Source of the DNA: Felis catus
Lineage: Eukaryota
DNA length: 64,000 nt
Assembly: GCF_018350175.1 (NCBI RefSeq)
Contig: NC_058382.1
Location: forward strand, 58,344,001 to 58,408,000
Reading direction: 5' to 3'
A model generated the notes under the pieces. That model was not told the DNA's origin. It did no database searches and worked only from the letters and a program-made list of their open reading frames with translations. This document shows, one piece after another, positions 37,127 to 50,652 of the stretch; the first letter of the stretch is position 1; the number at the start of each line of letters is the position of its first letter. The position numbers and the translations under genes were made by a program.

Positions 37127-38865
37127 TGGCGCGAGGGGGAGGAGTGCAGAATCCCCCCCAGGCGACAAGCGGAGAACCACGGTTCTAGCTGTTACTAATT
37201 GCCACAAGAGCTCGGCCGTCCAGAGCCGGTGCCTGATAGCCATTGGCCTCCTTTGTCCCCAGTGGCCTGCCTGGATTCGCGGGACGGGGCTGCAGGATGG
37301 CCAGAGCCACAGGGACTGGCGTCCCCACTCTGCCTTTTGCCGGCTGTGTGGGCTGAGCAACTTTCTTGCCCTCTCTGAGCCTCTGTTTCCAGACTCACGG
37401 AGGGGATAAGTGAAAGGGGGCTATCCACCGGCCTCCCTTACTAGGACACAGATGCGAGCTTTCACCCAAGAGACTGACCTGTAAGCCGCAGGGCTCCCAT
37501 AAGGACACGTGATGCTCAGTGAAGGTGTGTGGGGCCCGCTGGCCACTAGTGGGTGGGGTCATATCATTAGGGCTGTCAGCACAGCCACTGGGGCCACCGC
37601 ACGAGTCGATGCCTGCCAGTCCCAGAGGCAGATGGTGAGCGGGACTGTCCTGAGCAAACATGTGAGCTCCTGGGGAACCTGGGCCCTGAGGACAGGCACA
37701 CGTCATTCCAGGATCTGCACCCGCCGGGCACAGAGCTACCAGCCTGACACTGCCCTGCACACCCTGATGCCAGGGCGAGTGCAGCGAGCCTTCTCAGAGC
37801 GTTTGCTGCTCTGCACAGGCAAGGGGTGGCGCTGCCCACGGCCGGAGGGCACACTGGCCTCCATGGAGGGAGAAGACAATGAGGACCACCCCCCGGCACC
37901 TCGTATGGAGGGCCTGCCGCGCCTGGGACTATCTAGACCACAGCCCTGAGGGGGTGGGGGAAACTGAGGCAAAGACCAATCATCCCACTTGCCCCTGATC
38001 ACACGGCCGCTGCCCACAGCACACGCCCATCCTACCAGAGGCAGCACCGTGACGGCTGGAAAGTTCTGGGTGGTGACCCAGGACATGCAAGGCTGACACA
38101 CAGGAAACTCTGCACCAGCTCTGCCCCAGAGCGTCCCCCGTGGTCCTCACGTTGGCGCCTGGGGCGGGCGGCAGACCAGCCCTCACTTCACAGAAACGGA
38201 GGCCTCCGCCTTGGGCCCCGGGACACACGGGGCTCCCCGGTGACTTCAGAGAGGGTCTCAGACGAGTTTCAGGCATGGCCTGGGCAGCGCAAAGCTGCTT
38301 GCTCCACACGACAGGTGACAGGTGACACGCACAGAGGTCTCGGGCAGGTAAAGATCAGGCACAGGAGAAGCTATCGGTGCGGTCAGGGGTCGGGGGAGTG
38401 GTCCTAGGGGACCCTTCTGTTTCTGGACGTGGCCGCGGGCCGGTGCGTGAAACTCCGTCCAGCGGCTCCCTTACGGCCTGTGTCTTTGCTCTGTCCATGC
38501 AGACCTTTCTCTCAGAAAAGCTACGACGCATAATCTTCCCCAAGATACCACTTTGCACCCGTGAGACCAGCGAGGAAAACAAAGGCCGTGAGCGCTACAT
38601 TAGCTCAGTCATTCCCCACGCGGTGGGTACTCCTGAGGCCACGTGGCAAAACTCTCAAAACAACAAGGGCAGGCACGCTCCTACCCAATGGCGGGTCTAC
38701 TGCCACCACTCGCGTTGGAAAAAGAAAAGGAATACGGCCAAGACCATGTGTGCACATGCAGACATAGAATATTCTGGAAGGCGACGCAAGGAAGCAGTGA
38801 CCATGGCTGGCTCCAAGCAGGTGGTCAGAATGGAGGTAAGGGCAGACTTACTCTTTACTACATAT

Positions 38866-39083
38866 CCTTTTTTTTTTTTTAAGTTCATTTATTTATTTAT
38901 GGGGGGGGGGAGAAAAGCATGGGAGGGGCAGAGAGAGAGAGAGAGAATCCTGAGAAGGCTCTGCACTGTGAGCACAGAGCCCAACTCGGGGCTTGAATCC
39001 ATGAACCGTGAAATCATGAACTGTGAGATCTGAGCCAAAACCAAGAGTCAGATGCTTAGCCAACTGAGCCACCCAGGCGCCCC
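38866..39083 (-). mobile_element. CAN-SINE inserted in an old L1 3' fragment
   Basis: T tail and head; TSD-like ACATA(T/C)..TTTT. Confidence 0.85.
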
Positions 39084-42000
39084 TTCCCAACATACTTTTT
39101 GGTACATTTTACATTCTTTACCACGGAGGTACTTTATATATTCAGAAAATAAAGTGATAAAAAAGAGGAAACACTTTCTAAGGAAGGCTAACATAGACGG
39201 ACTTAGGTAGTAGGAAGGAGAAAGGTGGGCATTGTGGTCACCGGGCCCAGGGAAGCCGACAGGGAACCCCACAGAGTCCTGGGGTGGGGACACCGGGTCT
39301 GGCTGGTCCCCCTCCCGGGCCAGCAGCATTGGCAGCTGGAGTCCAGCCCGCCAGGTTCTGCTCTCAGCTAACCCCCCAGGCACCCTGTTCTTCAAGGCTT
39401 CTTCACTTTGAGACAGCCGTGGTGACTGCTTTGTGAGTCCCCTTCCTTCCAGAACATTCTCTGTCTACACATGCAAATTCTTTTCCTTTTTCCCACCGAG
39501 TGGTGGATTTAGCCCCCCCACCCCCCTGCCTTGTTCCTTTCACTGAACCGTGCGTGTGGTTCTCCAGCTGCTCAGAAAGAGTGGCCGGTCCTTTTTCACA
39601 CTTTCGTGGTCTCGCCTGCATGGCCCACACTTCTGACCCACACGTGGAAGGCCCATGGCCAGGACGCCAGGGTGGCCGCCAGGAGCTGAGGCTGGCTGTA
39701 GGGTGGCTAGGACTTCAAGGTCAGGTGTCCTCAGGGCTCGTCCCTTTGTGGCTCAGCCCTGTCCCCCAGGACCAGGCTAGTCCCCAGCCACCTGGAGTGC
39801 TGCCTGCTGATGGGCCCCTAGGGCCTGCCCTCCGTCAAGCTGGGAGGGGCCGAGGTGTGGCGATCGAGGCGCTCAGGGCCAGGCACACCCACACTCCCCT
39901 CATCTCGGCTCTGCCCAAGGTCATGCCCCTCCCGGCGTAGCCCTCCACCTCGTCCAGTAGATGGGCAGGTAAAAGGCCCGTCCCCCTTGATCTAGGACAG
40001 TTGTGTGGGGCCATCTCAGGTACAGAGCCCTGGAGCTGCGTCCAAGCAGGTGGGACTGTGGAGGCGTAGCTGGTGCTCAGAAGCCCAAGCCTGCCCTCGG
40101 GCCACCGGCTTCTATGGCCAACCTTAGGTATGGGTCCCTCAGGGCGCCGCAGGCCGGTCAACCTGACTGTGACCCTCCTGGCAACCCCTCCCTTCCTCCC
40201 TAGGACAGCAGGGTGCAGGTGGGGTCAGCCTGAGCAGGACACGGGGCTAGATCCTGGCCATGAGCCTGGAGGGCTGTGGGCTCTCCTGCGGGGACAGGGC
40301 ACGGCCAGATGAAGTGCCATCTGCTTCGGCATTTAAGACCGGCTCTGATTACCCACCCCTCCTCTGAGTGGGTGGGGGTCTCCCCGCCCTCCGAGCCCCT
40401 GCCTTCTGGGTTTCCAGCCAAGCTAACCTTGTCGCCTTGGACAGCCAGTCCCCAGCCCAAGCTCCACCTGAAAAGCAAGGACACTGGATCCGAACGGTGG
40501 TTCTCACCCTGGGCTGCACAGGCGAATCAGCTGGAAGGCTTCGTAAACACACTGGTGCCCAGGGCCCACACCCCAGCTGAGTCCTAACCCCCCCCCCGGG
40601 AACGGGCCAGGGCTGCACCATTTTGAAAGCCATCCACGTGATTCTGAAGGGCAGGGGATGCTTCGACCCCTGGTCTGCACCGATTCCCGTGCTTCCTGTG
40701 ACTAATAGAAGACATTCTGGGTCCCACGGCTCAGCTGTCATGGCCCTGCCTGTCCCCGTGACCTCACCTCCTCCTGCGTGGCCACTCATTCCCGCCACAC
40801 ACCCTTCTTCAGTGCTCATCAGCTCACCCAACATGTTCCTGTCTCAGGGCCTTTGCACCTGCTGCTCCGTCTGCCTGGAACACTGCCTGTGCATGGCTGG
40901 CTCTGATGTACGCACGGCAAGAGGCCCTCAGCCGCCTCGTCCCCACTTTACCTCCCTTTACTGCCGTCACTGCAAAATCTACCCATCTGGGTCTCGTGCT
41001 CACACACCCCTTTCTGCCTCTCCTACGTGGGGGCAGGGACTCTGAGCTGCTCACTGCCCTTCCCTGGGGTCCGGTGCAGTGCCTGGCATGTAGCAGACAC
41101 TCAACCACAGATAGAAGGTCGTGCCAGAACAGTGCTGGTCTGGGCTCTGTCCCGCATGGGAAGGGGGGTGCAGGGGTAGGCGGCGAGGTTAGGGCTCCCC
41201 CCCCAGAGCTCCCAGCCCCCACTGGAGTAAAGCCCAAGTTCTGCCCTCCTCCCCTCCCACCTGGCCGCTTCTCTCCCTGAGCACCTGCTGCTCTCCGCTC
41301 TCCTTCCCCACTCTCTCCCAGACCAGCTCTCGCAGGCTTGCTTGCTGCCAGGCTCGCTCGCTCTCTCTCTCTCCCCCTCTCCCCTCTCTCCCAGCTGCAC
41401 AGCGGCCTTGCTCCTGTCTGAAGCCCTGTATCCAGCCCTGGGTCAGCGCACAGTAGGGATGCAATCAATGTTTGTGCAATGAACGGTCCCCAGACGGACC
41501 CCACCGGCAGCATCGGGCGGCTGGAACCAACCGTCTGCCCTAGACGGGGCCGCGGAGTGACTCTCATCTGCGCCGGGACCCGCGGTGAGCGCTGGGCCTC
41601 CCGACACCAATCGGAAGAATGGGCATCCTGACTGCCAGCCCCAACCACCCCATGCCTGGGTTACAGGCCGAGTGGGGGAGAGGCTCTGAGACCCTGCGCA
41701 ATTCCCCTGCAAGGGAGAAATGCCCTGGGCAGTCGGGGGTGCCGGGGAGGGCATGCCCGTGTCCCTTGTCCCCACCATCACCATTGTCACCTGCTCAGAA
41801 GAGACTAAAAACCCCAACATCGGCCAGATCCCAACAGTGGGCCGTCCTCCCCAACAGCCAGCCGGTCCTCCTCAAGATGGTCAAGGTCTCGAAGACAGGA
41901 GCTTCTGAGAAACCCTCACGACCAGGGGAAACTGAGGAGATGCGACAAGTCGTTGCAAGGTGGGCTCATGGGACAGCGAAGGGGCTTGAGGGGCAAGTGG

Positions 42001-43152
42001 AGGAAAACCCAAACAAAGCATGGACTCCACCTATACTAACCTGTTGGGACTGATCTGCTGACCCGGATGAAGGGGCCAGTGTGCTAACTCTCGGCGAAAC
42101 TGTAGATTTGAAACTGTACTTCCTGTAAATCTAAAACTGTTCTAAAACACAGTCGTTAAGACACTTGACCAAGCCACCAACTCTGGACGCAGTCTCCATC
42201 TCCTGGTCCCCTTTCCTCCCAGCCCCACCTGGCCCCAGAAGGACAGTCGGCTGGGACTAGCCCGGCCCGGGAGCCCTGTCTGCTGGGTAATATCTTCAGT
42301 GCCTAAGATAACTCTCAAAACCTGGCCCAGGGGATGTCCTCACTCATCATTCCACTTCACAGATGGGGAAGCTGAGGCTCTGATATAGGAAGGGATTTTC
42401 ACAAAGCTGCACTTAGTCAGGGCACACCTGGGATCCGAACTCAGCTCTCTCTAACCCCAGAGCCACGTCACCAGTGTTTCCCCAACTTGAGCAGGCACCG
42501 GAATCCCCCAGAGGGTTTGTTAACCGCCCGCCCCACCCCGAGTTTCTGACTCAGTCGTCTGGGAGGGTCTCACACGTCCAACCGGTTCCCAGATGACGCT
42601 GAGGCTGCAGGTCTGGGGACCCCAACGAGAACCACACAGCCCTACCGCGCTGTCTCCCGGGCAGCGCCACCCCACGCTCAGGCACGGGGAAACCACTCAC
42701 CCCTCCCTGCCGCCTGCTGAGCCCGCCCCTCCTGCCTGGCCATGTGACCCGGGGCCTGTGCCTCGGTCTCCCCATCTGCGAAGTTACCTCCGCTGCCCAG
42801 CTGTAGTAAGGATTAAAAGGCAAATCCGGGGAACTCATTCCAGGAGCAGTTCCTGGCTCACGGGGAGGCCGGCCACGTGCCTGACCTTGGATGAGAGGGC
42901 ACCAGGGAGGAGCTCTTTGGACAGTGGAGCACTCCCAGTCGCCACGGCTGCTCCCGTCAGGCCCTCGGGCAGCAGGACCCCACTCCCAGGGCTCCTCTGT
43001 GCCCACTCGCCTTGGGGACCGGAAACCAGGATGTGTTTCTTTCCCACACCACACCCTCACCAGCTCCTGCCTCGGGCGGGGTCTCTGCCATCAGACCAGA
43101 AGGGCACGCTCCCAACCCTCGCGCAAGGGGCTCAGGGGTGAAGTGACTCGCA

Positions 43153-43428
43153 GTGGGGTGATGGGTGTCCCCCCATATCCACATCCACCTGGAACGCGAC
43201 CTTATTTGGAAACAAGGTCTTTGCAGATGTGATTAGTTAAGAACGTTGTGATGAGATCATCCTGGATTTAAGGCTGGCTCTGAGTGCAAGGACAGGTGTC
43301 TCCGTACGAGAAAGGACACAGAGACAGGGAGGAGGCCGTGTGGGGACAGAGGCAGGCAGGGAGGTCTTCCCCTGGAGCCTCCGGAGGCCCTGTGGCGACC
43401 CCGCGGGCACCGTGGTTTTGGACTTCTC
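43153..43428 (+). mobile_element. MaLR LTR fragment (MLT1B/C-like)
   Basis: GACCTTATTTGGAAACAAGGTCTTTGCAGATGTGATTAGTTAAG...TTTTGGACTTCT. Confidence 0.8.
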
Positions 43429-43521
43429 ATCAAGTTCTGATCAAGAATTCACCATCGATCCTAACAATGTGACTGGGTCACTCGGATTTCTGGAGTTTAT
43501 CCCAAAGAAGTAATAAGTTTC

Positions 43522-43725
43522 GGGGCGGCGTGGTGGCCTGGTCGGTGAAGCGTTCGACTTCGGCTCAGGTCACGAGCTCACGGTTCGTGCGTCCGAGTCC
43601 CATTGTCAGACTCTGCACTCACAGTGCGCAGCCTGCTCGGGATTCTCGCTCTCCCTCTCTCTCTGCCCCTCCCCAGCTGTGCCCTTTCCCCCGCTCTCAA
43701 AAATAAATTAACAACAAAAAAAGGA
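43522..43725 (+). mobile_element. CAN-SINE within an old L1 fragment
   Basis: SINE body and A tail; TSD-like AAG(T/GA)AATAA(CA)GTT. Confidence 0.85.
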
Positions 43726-45960
43726 AATAACAGTTAACAAAATCGGAAATGAAAGATGACCAAAACGGCACCATTTACAAACGCAACAAGCTGGAAATGA
43801 CCCAAGGCCAACTGTTGGCGGAAGGCGACACAGGCATCAGAGCGTGGAAGGACGCGCAGGGCCCACACTAAACACAGACGGGTCTCGGCCCCACAGCCGG
43901 GTGACGGCACGCCTCTGCGGGCGGCGAGGGCAGAGAAGGTAAGGTGGACGACTGCGTGCGCTGTGCACGTCCCTGGCGGCAAGAGTCAAACTCAGGCTCC
44001 GCAGAGCCTGGGTGGTGTTGGTGAAGCACAGAGAGCAGGTCCTGTGCCCAGCTTCCCCCGCCCCGCTGCCCGTCCCTCTCAAGTGGCCTGCCACCTCCAG
44101 GGATCACGGCTGTGAGAGGCTGGTGTGGCTGGTGGCAGGCCTCGCCCCTAAGAGCTACAGTGAAAAATACGCGAGCAGACCTCCCTCGACGGCACTGCCC
44201 GTGTCCCGGCAGGTGGCTCCTCGGGGGCCAGGCTGGAGGTGGCCCTTTGAAAGGCTCCCAGCGCCAGGAGCATTCGGCCTGCTGCCCTGCAGGGGCTTTC
44301 CCTCCGGGGAGGGGAGAGAGGGCGGCGGTGTGGTCCCCAGCGCCCGGGGCGTCCTCCCCTGCTTGGGCCCAGAGGTTCCTCCAAGGCCTCGGTTTACTTG
44401 TCAGAGATGTGCTGGGACAGCAACCCAAAGCCCGGGACCGTGGCCTCTGCACACGAGGCACTCTCACTCCGCCTGAAAGAGGAGGGCCTGAGCACATCAT
44501 GCTGAGTCAAGCAGGCCAGTCACAAGAGGACCGATACTGTACCACCCACTCAGATGAGGTGCGCGGGTGCCCGGGGTAAGCGCTTTGACAGAGACAGACG
44601 GAAGGGCGGTGGGAGGCGGGGCTGGGAGAGGGGGCGGGGAGGGAGGGGGTGCAGCGGGCGGGGGCAGAGTTCCGGTCCGCAAAGCGGGGGCGGGCTCGGC
44701 CGCACACAGCGTGAGTGCCCTTGGTGTCACGGCCCTCACTGTCCACTTACACATGGTTAAGAGAGCGAACTTTATGTTACGTACGTTTCGCCACGATTAA
44801 AACCCAAAACGATAAGCTGGCGCCGCATGCCTCCTCTGTGCCCCGCGCCGGGGAGGCCCGCAGCGAAGCCTGAAGGATGACGGTCCGTGAGCTCCAAGGG
44901 CGGGGTCTGGATGCGACGGCTGGCCCTCCCCTCCCAGGTGTGCGCTCAGCAGGTGCCCCTCCCCCCCCAGGTGTGCGCTCAGCAGGTGCCCCCCCAGCCC
45001 CCACTCCTGCGTGGGCTCAGCCTGCGGCCTCAGAGGGGCCGGGCCCTGGCGGGAGGTGGGCTGCTTCCGCCTCTCCAGCATCCCCGTCCCCACTTTGCAA
45101 ACGACACCCTGTTGGTGTCCGGGGAACCACTGCCGCGCACCTGCTCCGCGTCTTAGAGAAACTGTCCATCAAGATGCCCCACCCCCTGGGCAAGGGGCGG
45201 GGCCCATACCCGAAGCGAGGCCCATCAGATGCGCTCCTGAGCTCACCCATCCCGGCAGGGGGACTGGAGGTGGTCCTTCTGCCTGGCCCGGGGCCTTCCC
45301 ACCCCCCTGACTTCCTGCGGCGAAGGGATGGGGCCAGGGACACCCCCAAAACATCCAGGAGGTGAGTCAGCTCTGCGAGGCATGCCACCCACACGGGCGA
45401 GGGAGGGGCCATCAGAACGACCCCCAGGTTTCAGGCTGGGAGGCGTCGGCCACTGAATAACGGGCTTCAAGGGGAGAGGTCTCCCTGTGGACCGTGACTG
45501 GACATCAGGGGCTAGGTCACAGAACAGATGTCTGCACTGCCTCTGCCAACACCTACCACGTGCCACCGTGACGCTGTGTCCTTCTAGGACCTTCCCCGGG
45601 CCCCAGCAGGCCGAACCCCCTATGCCGGTGACACCAGGCCCGCGGGGTGCAGAGCAAAAACGCCGTGTGTGCCCGGCTCTTCCTCCCTTACTCTCCGCGG
45701 TTGGGATTAGTCCCCCTGAGGGAGAAGCCAAGGCCCAAGGGCACCGTGGCCACGTCCCTCTCCTGCCAGTGGCAGGGAAGGAGGAGTGCTGAGAGTCACA
45801 GCCCGCATATATAAGGCACCTGCTGTGTACAGATGCTGCCTTGACTGGCGGTGCCCCCTCCCTCTCCGGGGTGTGCCTCCTGCTCTCTCCTGCCTCATTC
45901 CTGCACCGCCCCTACCTCCCTGGGCCCCAGAAGAGCTGGTGGGGGAGCCGCCCCCCTTAC

Positions 45961-45988
45961 CTTTCAGGCAGGACAGCTTAAGCCCCAT
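45961..45988 (-). CDS. C16orf74: C16orf74 first coding segment (28 nt; whole exon 45961-46006, 46 nt)
   Basis: Acceptor ttctctctccgcag at 46008-46007, perfect Kozak gccgccATGG, MGLKLSCLK(G), donor AAG|gtaagg. Confidence 0.93.
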
Positions 45989-47799
45989 GGCGGCGCGTCC
46001 GCAGGCCTGCGGAGAGAGAAGGGGCTTGCTGGGTGCTGGCCATGTGCGGCCAAGCCCCCCCCCCCCCCCCCCCGCAGCCCCACGGGTGCACAACAGGAAA
46101 TAGTGGGGAGAGAAACCGCCAGTGACTGGCGAGGTCAGGGTGCGTGCTGGCTGCATCTGGGCTGAGTTTGCTCAAAGATGAGCCTGTGCTGGCGGAAAAA
46201 GCTTTCAGGTGCCTCGGAGCTAAATATACTGGAGGTCCTGGAGCGTGGGGTGCAGCTGAGGTGAGGGTGTGGTCGGGCCGCCCTTCGGAACCGAAGCCAC
46301 CTGGCCTTTCCGTTAAGGGGCTGCTGACTTCAGAAGCAGCAGGGCAGGGGGGCACCCTTGGCCAGCCTGCAGGTGGCCCTGAGCCCGCCGTGATGGGCTC
46401 ACCTTCTGTTATGGTGCAGCCGCTCTTTATAAATGCGCGTGCTTTGGAGATCTAACAGATTGAGGCACCCGGGCCTTGGTCCGTGGGAGTTAAAACTGTC
46501 CCAAGTGTTCTCACGATCTGCCGGCCGATTGATGGATAAAACAGGGAGCAGCTGACGGGGTATGCGCCTGACATTCCACGGCAACAACCCCGGGAGATGT
46601 TACTACTTCCCCATTGACAGATATGGAAATCAAGGCTCAGAGAGCTGGTGTCCCCTGCCCGAGGCCAGCCAGCTTCCTAGGAGAGGGGAGCTGGGGTTCC
46701 GACCCCGGGGCTGCCCCTCCAGGGGCCTGTGAGGCTTGCAGGCCCTTCCAGGGAAGGCGAGGCTCTTGTTTTCACCTCTGAGGGTCCTTGTGTCTGAGGG
46801 TCGATGGGGGCGGGGTGCTTATCCCTCCTTTCACAGGGAGCTGCCTGTGTGCCAGGCTGGGGAGGGGAGAGGGATGGAGGGGGCTGGCAGGGGGGCCCAT
46901 CATCTCCTCGTCCTGCACAGAGGCTGGCACCGATGCCTAGGAAATGCTGGGGTCCCCCAGGCGTCCATGACGTGGGTGCTGTGCTGGTTCCCCCCCCACC
47001 CCCGGAACTTATCAGTCATGCAGCATCTCGGGCACACCCAAATGAATCGGTATTTTAACAAGGCCCCCTGGGAGTCGTGTGTCTGTTAAGGTCAGAGATG
47101 CTGGCTCTGGGCCAGAAATTGTGGGGGTCTCAGCGTGGAAGATGGGGGGCAGTGAGGGTGTGGAGAAGTGGCTGGAAGTCTGGGAGACACGCAGGTCAGG
47201 AGATGGGGGGGTGGGGGTGGGGACTTGGAGGGACCCAAGGGGAGGGCTCTGATTTCATCCAGGCTGGGTATGTGGGACAGGCAGGAAGGAGGTGGCCTGG
47301 AGACATCTGCTGGGGGATGGGCTGGGGACACGAGTGGGAGGGAGGGAGACAGGGCAGGGGAGGGACAGACACCCGTGGAGCATCTCTGACTTGGCCAGCT
47401 GACCACAGCCAGCTGACCACAGGCAGGTTCCTCAACCAACCTGGACTTCACTTTCCTCATCTTTAAAATGGGGAGGATGCTCTTGGAGGTGTCACTGAGC
47501 AGCATGGAAAACTGAGTTATCAGGGGGGCACAAGGCTTAAGAAGTGTCAGCTGCTGTGGTTTATGACAGTCCCAGAGAGAAAACGGGTCTTGGTTTCCAG
47601 CAGGGGGTCTTTCTCCAGGGCTGTGCTGTCCTGAGTGTGGTCCTGGCCCAGAGGCCTGGGACAAGCGATCGCCGGGAGCTCATGAGAAATGCCAGCTCTC
47701 GGGACCCATCCTGCCTGCAGTCTTGGGGGCTGTATCCAAGCAAGACGCAGGGGAGGCTCAGCACAGCTGCCGAGGCACGGGGCCCAGCAAGATCGCCTG

Positions 47800-47921
47800 G
47801 GCACTTATTAGCAAAATACCGATGCCTGGGTCTCACCCCAGAGATTCCGGGGTAATTGGCCTGGGGTGTGGGCCTGGCACTGGGATTTTTAAAAGCTCCC
47901 CAGGGGATTCTAATGTGCAGG
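47800..47921. mobile_element. MER5-type hAT MITE (similar fragments at ~13050-13250, ~34350-34500, ~42470-42640, ~59580-59720)
   Basis: CTGGGGTGTGGGCCTGGCACTGGGATTTTTAAAAGCTCCCCAGGGGATTCTAATGTGCAG. Confidence 0.7.
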
Positions 47922-48499
47922 ATGAAATGCCATGGAAAGGGTGTCCTTCCTCAGGGGGAGAGGAAGGGCTGGGCTGGGGGAAGAGAGAGCCCGTGAGCAT
48001 AACGGGTGTTATTTCTGGAGCGTTCACTGTGTGCCCAGCACCCACCAGAGCTCCTGGACCGAGATTCCTGGTCAGTTAATGCTCCCAACAGCCCTTAGGG
48101 GTTGGGACCATCCCCACCTCACAGAGGAGGAAACATAGGCACAGAGAGGTTCGTTTGCACAAGGTCTTATGGGTAGCAAGTGGCAGGGTCAGGATTCAAA
48201 CACGGCACTTTGGGCCCTAGAGCGACAACACTTCCAACCACAGGGCTGGGAGGGGGAGTGGTAGGCAGGGGGGTGGCCTAGACCTTCCCTCTGTCTCTCC
48301 CCACCCTCCCCGGCCCAGGGGTCTGCAGCCCTGAGGTCAGGCTCACGAGCAAATACAGCCAGGGCCACTGTAAGCAGCCCGCATGACATCACGCTTTGTA
48401 TGGTGCACCCCACTGATGTCACTGTGCCCTTCTGGGTGGTCCTCAAGTGGTGGCCACAGTGCACCCGACAGATCGCACATGCATCCCATCTCAGGGGTT

Positions 48500-49780
48500 A
48501 TTATTTTTAAAAAAAACTATTTATTTTGAGAGAGAGAGAGCAGGAGCAGGGGAGGGGCAGAGAGAGAGCAGGAGGAGGGGAGGGGCAGAGAGAGAGGGAG
48601 AGCAGGAGCAGGGGAGGGGCAGAGAGAGGGAGAGCAGGAGGAGGGGAGGGGCAGAGAGAGGGAGAGCAGGAGCAGGGGAGGGGCAGAGAGAGGGAGAGCA
48701 GGAGCAGGGGAGGGGCAGAGAGAGGGAGAGCAGGAGCAGGGGAGGGGCAGAGAGAGCAGGAGCAGGGGAGGGGCAGAGAGAGAGAGAGCAGGAGCAGGGG
48801 AGGGGCAGAGAGAGGGAGAGCAGGGGAGGGGCAGAGAGAGGGAGAGCAGGAGCAGGGGAGGGGCAGAGAGAGCAGGAGCAGGGGAGGGGCAGAGAGAGGG
48901 AGAGCAGGAACAGGGGAGGGGCAGAGAGAGGGAGAGCAGGGGAGGGGCAGAGAGGGAGAGCAGGAGCAGGGGAGGGGCAGAGAGAGCAGGAGCAGGGGAG
49001 GGGCAGAGAGAGGGAGAGCAGGAGGAGGGGAGGGGCAGAGAGAGCAGGAGCAGGGGAGGGGCAGAGAGAGGGAGAGCAGGAGCAGGGGAGGGGCAGAGAG
49101 AGGGAGAGCAGGAGCAGGGGAGGGGCAGAGAGAGAGAGCAGGAGCAGGGGAGGGGCAGAGAGAGGGAGAGCAGGGGAGGGGCAGAGAGAGAGAGAGAGAG
49201 CAGGAGCAGGGGAGGGGCAGAGAGAGAGCGAGCAGGAGCAGGGGAGGGGCAGAGAGAGAGGGAGAGCAGGAGCAGGGGAGGGGCAGAGAGAGAGCAGGAG
49301 CAGGGGAGGGGCAGAGAGAGAGAGAGCAGGAGCAGGGGAGGGGCAGAGAGAGGGAGAGCAGGAGCAGGGGAGGGGCAGAGAGAGAGAGCAGGAGCAGGGG
49401 AGGGGCAGAGAGAGGGAGAGCAGGAGCAGGGGAGGGGCAGAGAGAGGGAGAGCAGGAGGAGGGGAGGGGCAGAGAGAGCAGGAGCAGGGGAGGGGCAGAG
49501 AGAGAGCAGGAGGAGGGGAGGGGCAGAGAGGGAGAGCAGGAGCAGGGGAGGGGCAGAGAGAGAGGGACAGCAGGAGGAGGGGAGGGGCAGAGAGAGAGAG
49601 AGGGAGAGCAGGAGGAGGGGAGGGGCAGAGAGAGGGAGAGCAGGGGCAGGGGAGGGGCAGAGAGAGAGAGAGCAGGAGCAGGGGAGGGGCAGAGAGAGAG
49701 GGAGAGCAGGAGCACGGGAGGGGCAGATAGAGAGTGCAGGAGCAGGGGGAGGGGCAGAGAGAGAGCAGGAGCAGGGGAGG

Positions 49781-49832
<52 letters not shown>

Positions 49833-49957
49833 CCCAAGCAGGCTCTGGACAGTGCAGAGCCCGACTGGACGCGGGGCTCGATACCACCAAGTTTGAAATC
49901 ATGACCTGAGCTGATATCAAGAGCCAGTGCTCAACAGGCTGACCCCCCAGACGCCCC
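48500..49957 (-). mobile_element. CAN-SINE hosting the internal minisatellite expansion
   Basis: A-rich tail at ~48500-48530, SINE body and head at 49830-49957, degenerate TSD CCATC(T/C)CAGGG..TT on both sides. Confidence 0.85.
48530..49830. repeat. SINE-tail-derived minisatellite, about 40 units of ~25-38 bp
   Basis: Unit GAGCAGGAGCAGGGGAGGGGCAGA(GA)n tandemly repeated, almost no T on plus, ends in a pure (GA)n run. Confidence 0.95.
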
Positions 49958-50652
49958 CCCATCCCAGGGTTTAGACAATGGTTTATGAGGAGGTCTTCCT
50001 GGAGGAAGTGATGAAAAACCACCACCGTGCTGTGGGTGCAGGGGGAGGACACAACCAGGGCAGCAGGGGCGCCGACACTGAAAGGTGGGAATATTCGTTA
50101 TGTATCTTTGTGTTTGTTTGAAAAGCACTACAAGAGTAAAAAAAAAAAAATTATCTGTAGGCGACAGTATGGGGTCAACGCTCAGTTCTCTGATTTTTAT
50201 CACTGGACCGAGTCTGTCAGAGACCGAGTCTGGACACACACGCCCAAGGGTCCAGGGCCATCACGCCTGCAACTGAACTCTCAGCTTGCACAGCTGGAAA
50301 GTCAAAACACGCATGTGTATGTGCAGAGGCAGAATGTGGCCAAACGTTCATCTCTGGGGAAGGGCACGAGGGGCACCTGGTGTTCTTGCAACTTTTCTGG
50401 AAGCTTGAAACTATTTCCAGGAGTCAACCAGGGAAAAAAAACGGCAGAGACAACAGGGGTCCCGCAGCCCCTGTGCCCAACACCGCGGTGGCACGGGAAG
50501 TTGTGTGCATCGGACCCCGTTTTCCTAGAAACTTCTCTGATGCAGTGGGAGGTGTGCTCTATGCTGTGCTGGGAGCACCGCCTCCCTAAGAGTTGCCTCG
50601 AATTGACAGGTGTGGTCCCAGAGCTGCCTTGTAGCTTAAAAAATACCCGTCT

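Noticed and set aside
46426..46431. TATAAA on the minus strand upstream of C16orf74 exon 2
   Set aside because: The implied start would fall on the nearby donor site, leaving no exon.
48447..50052. ORFs of 400-511 aa in five frames
   Set aside because: They arise from a minisatellite that nearly lacks T on plus and A on minus and so has no stops; translations are low-complexity repeats.
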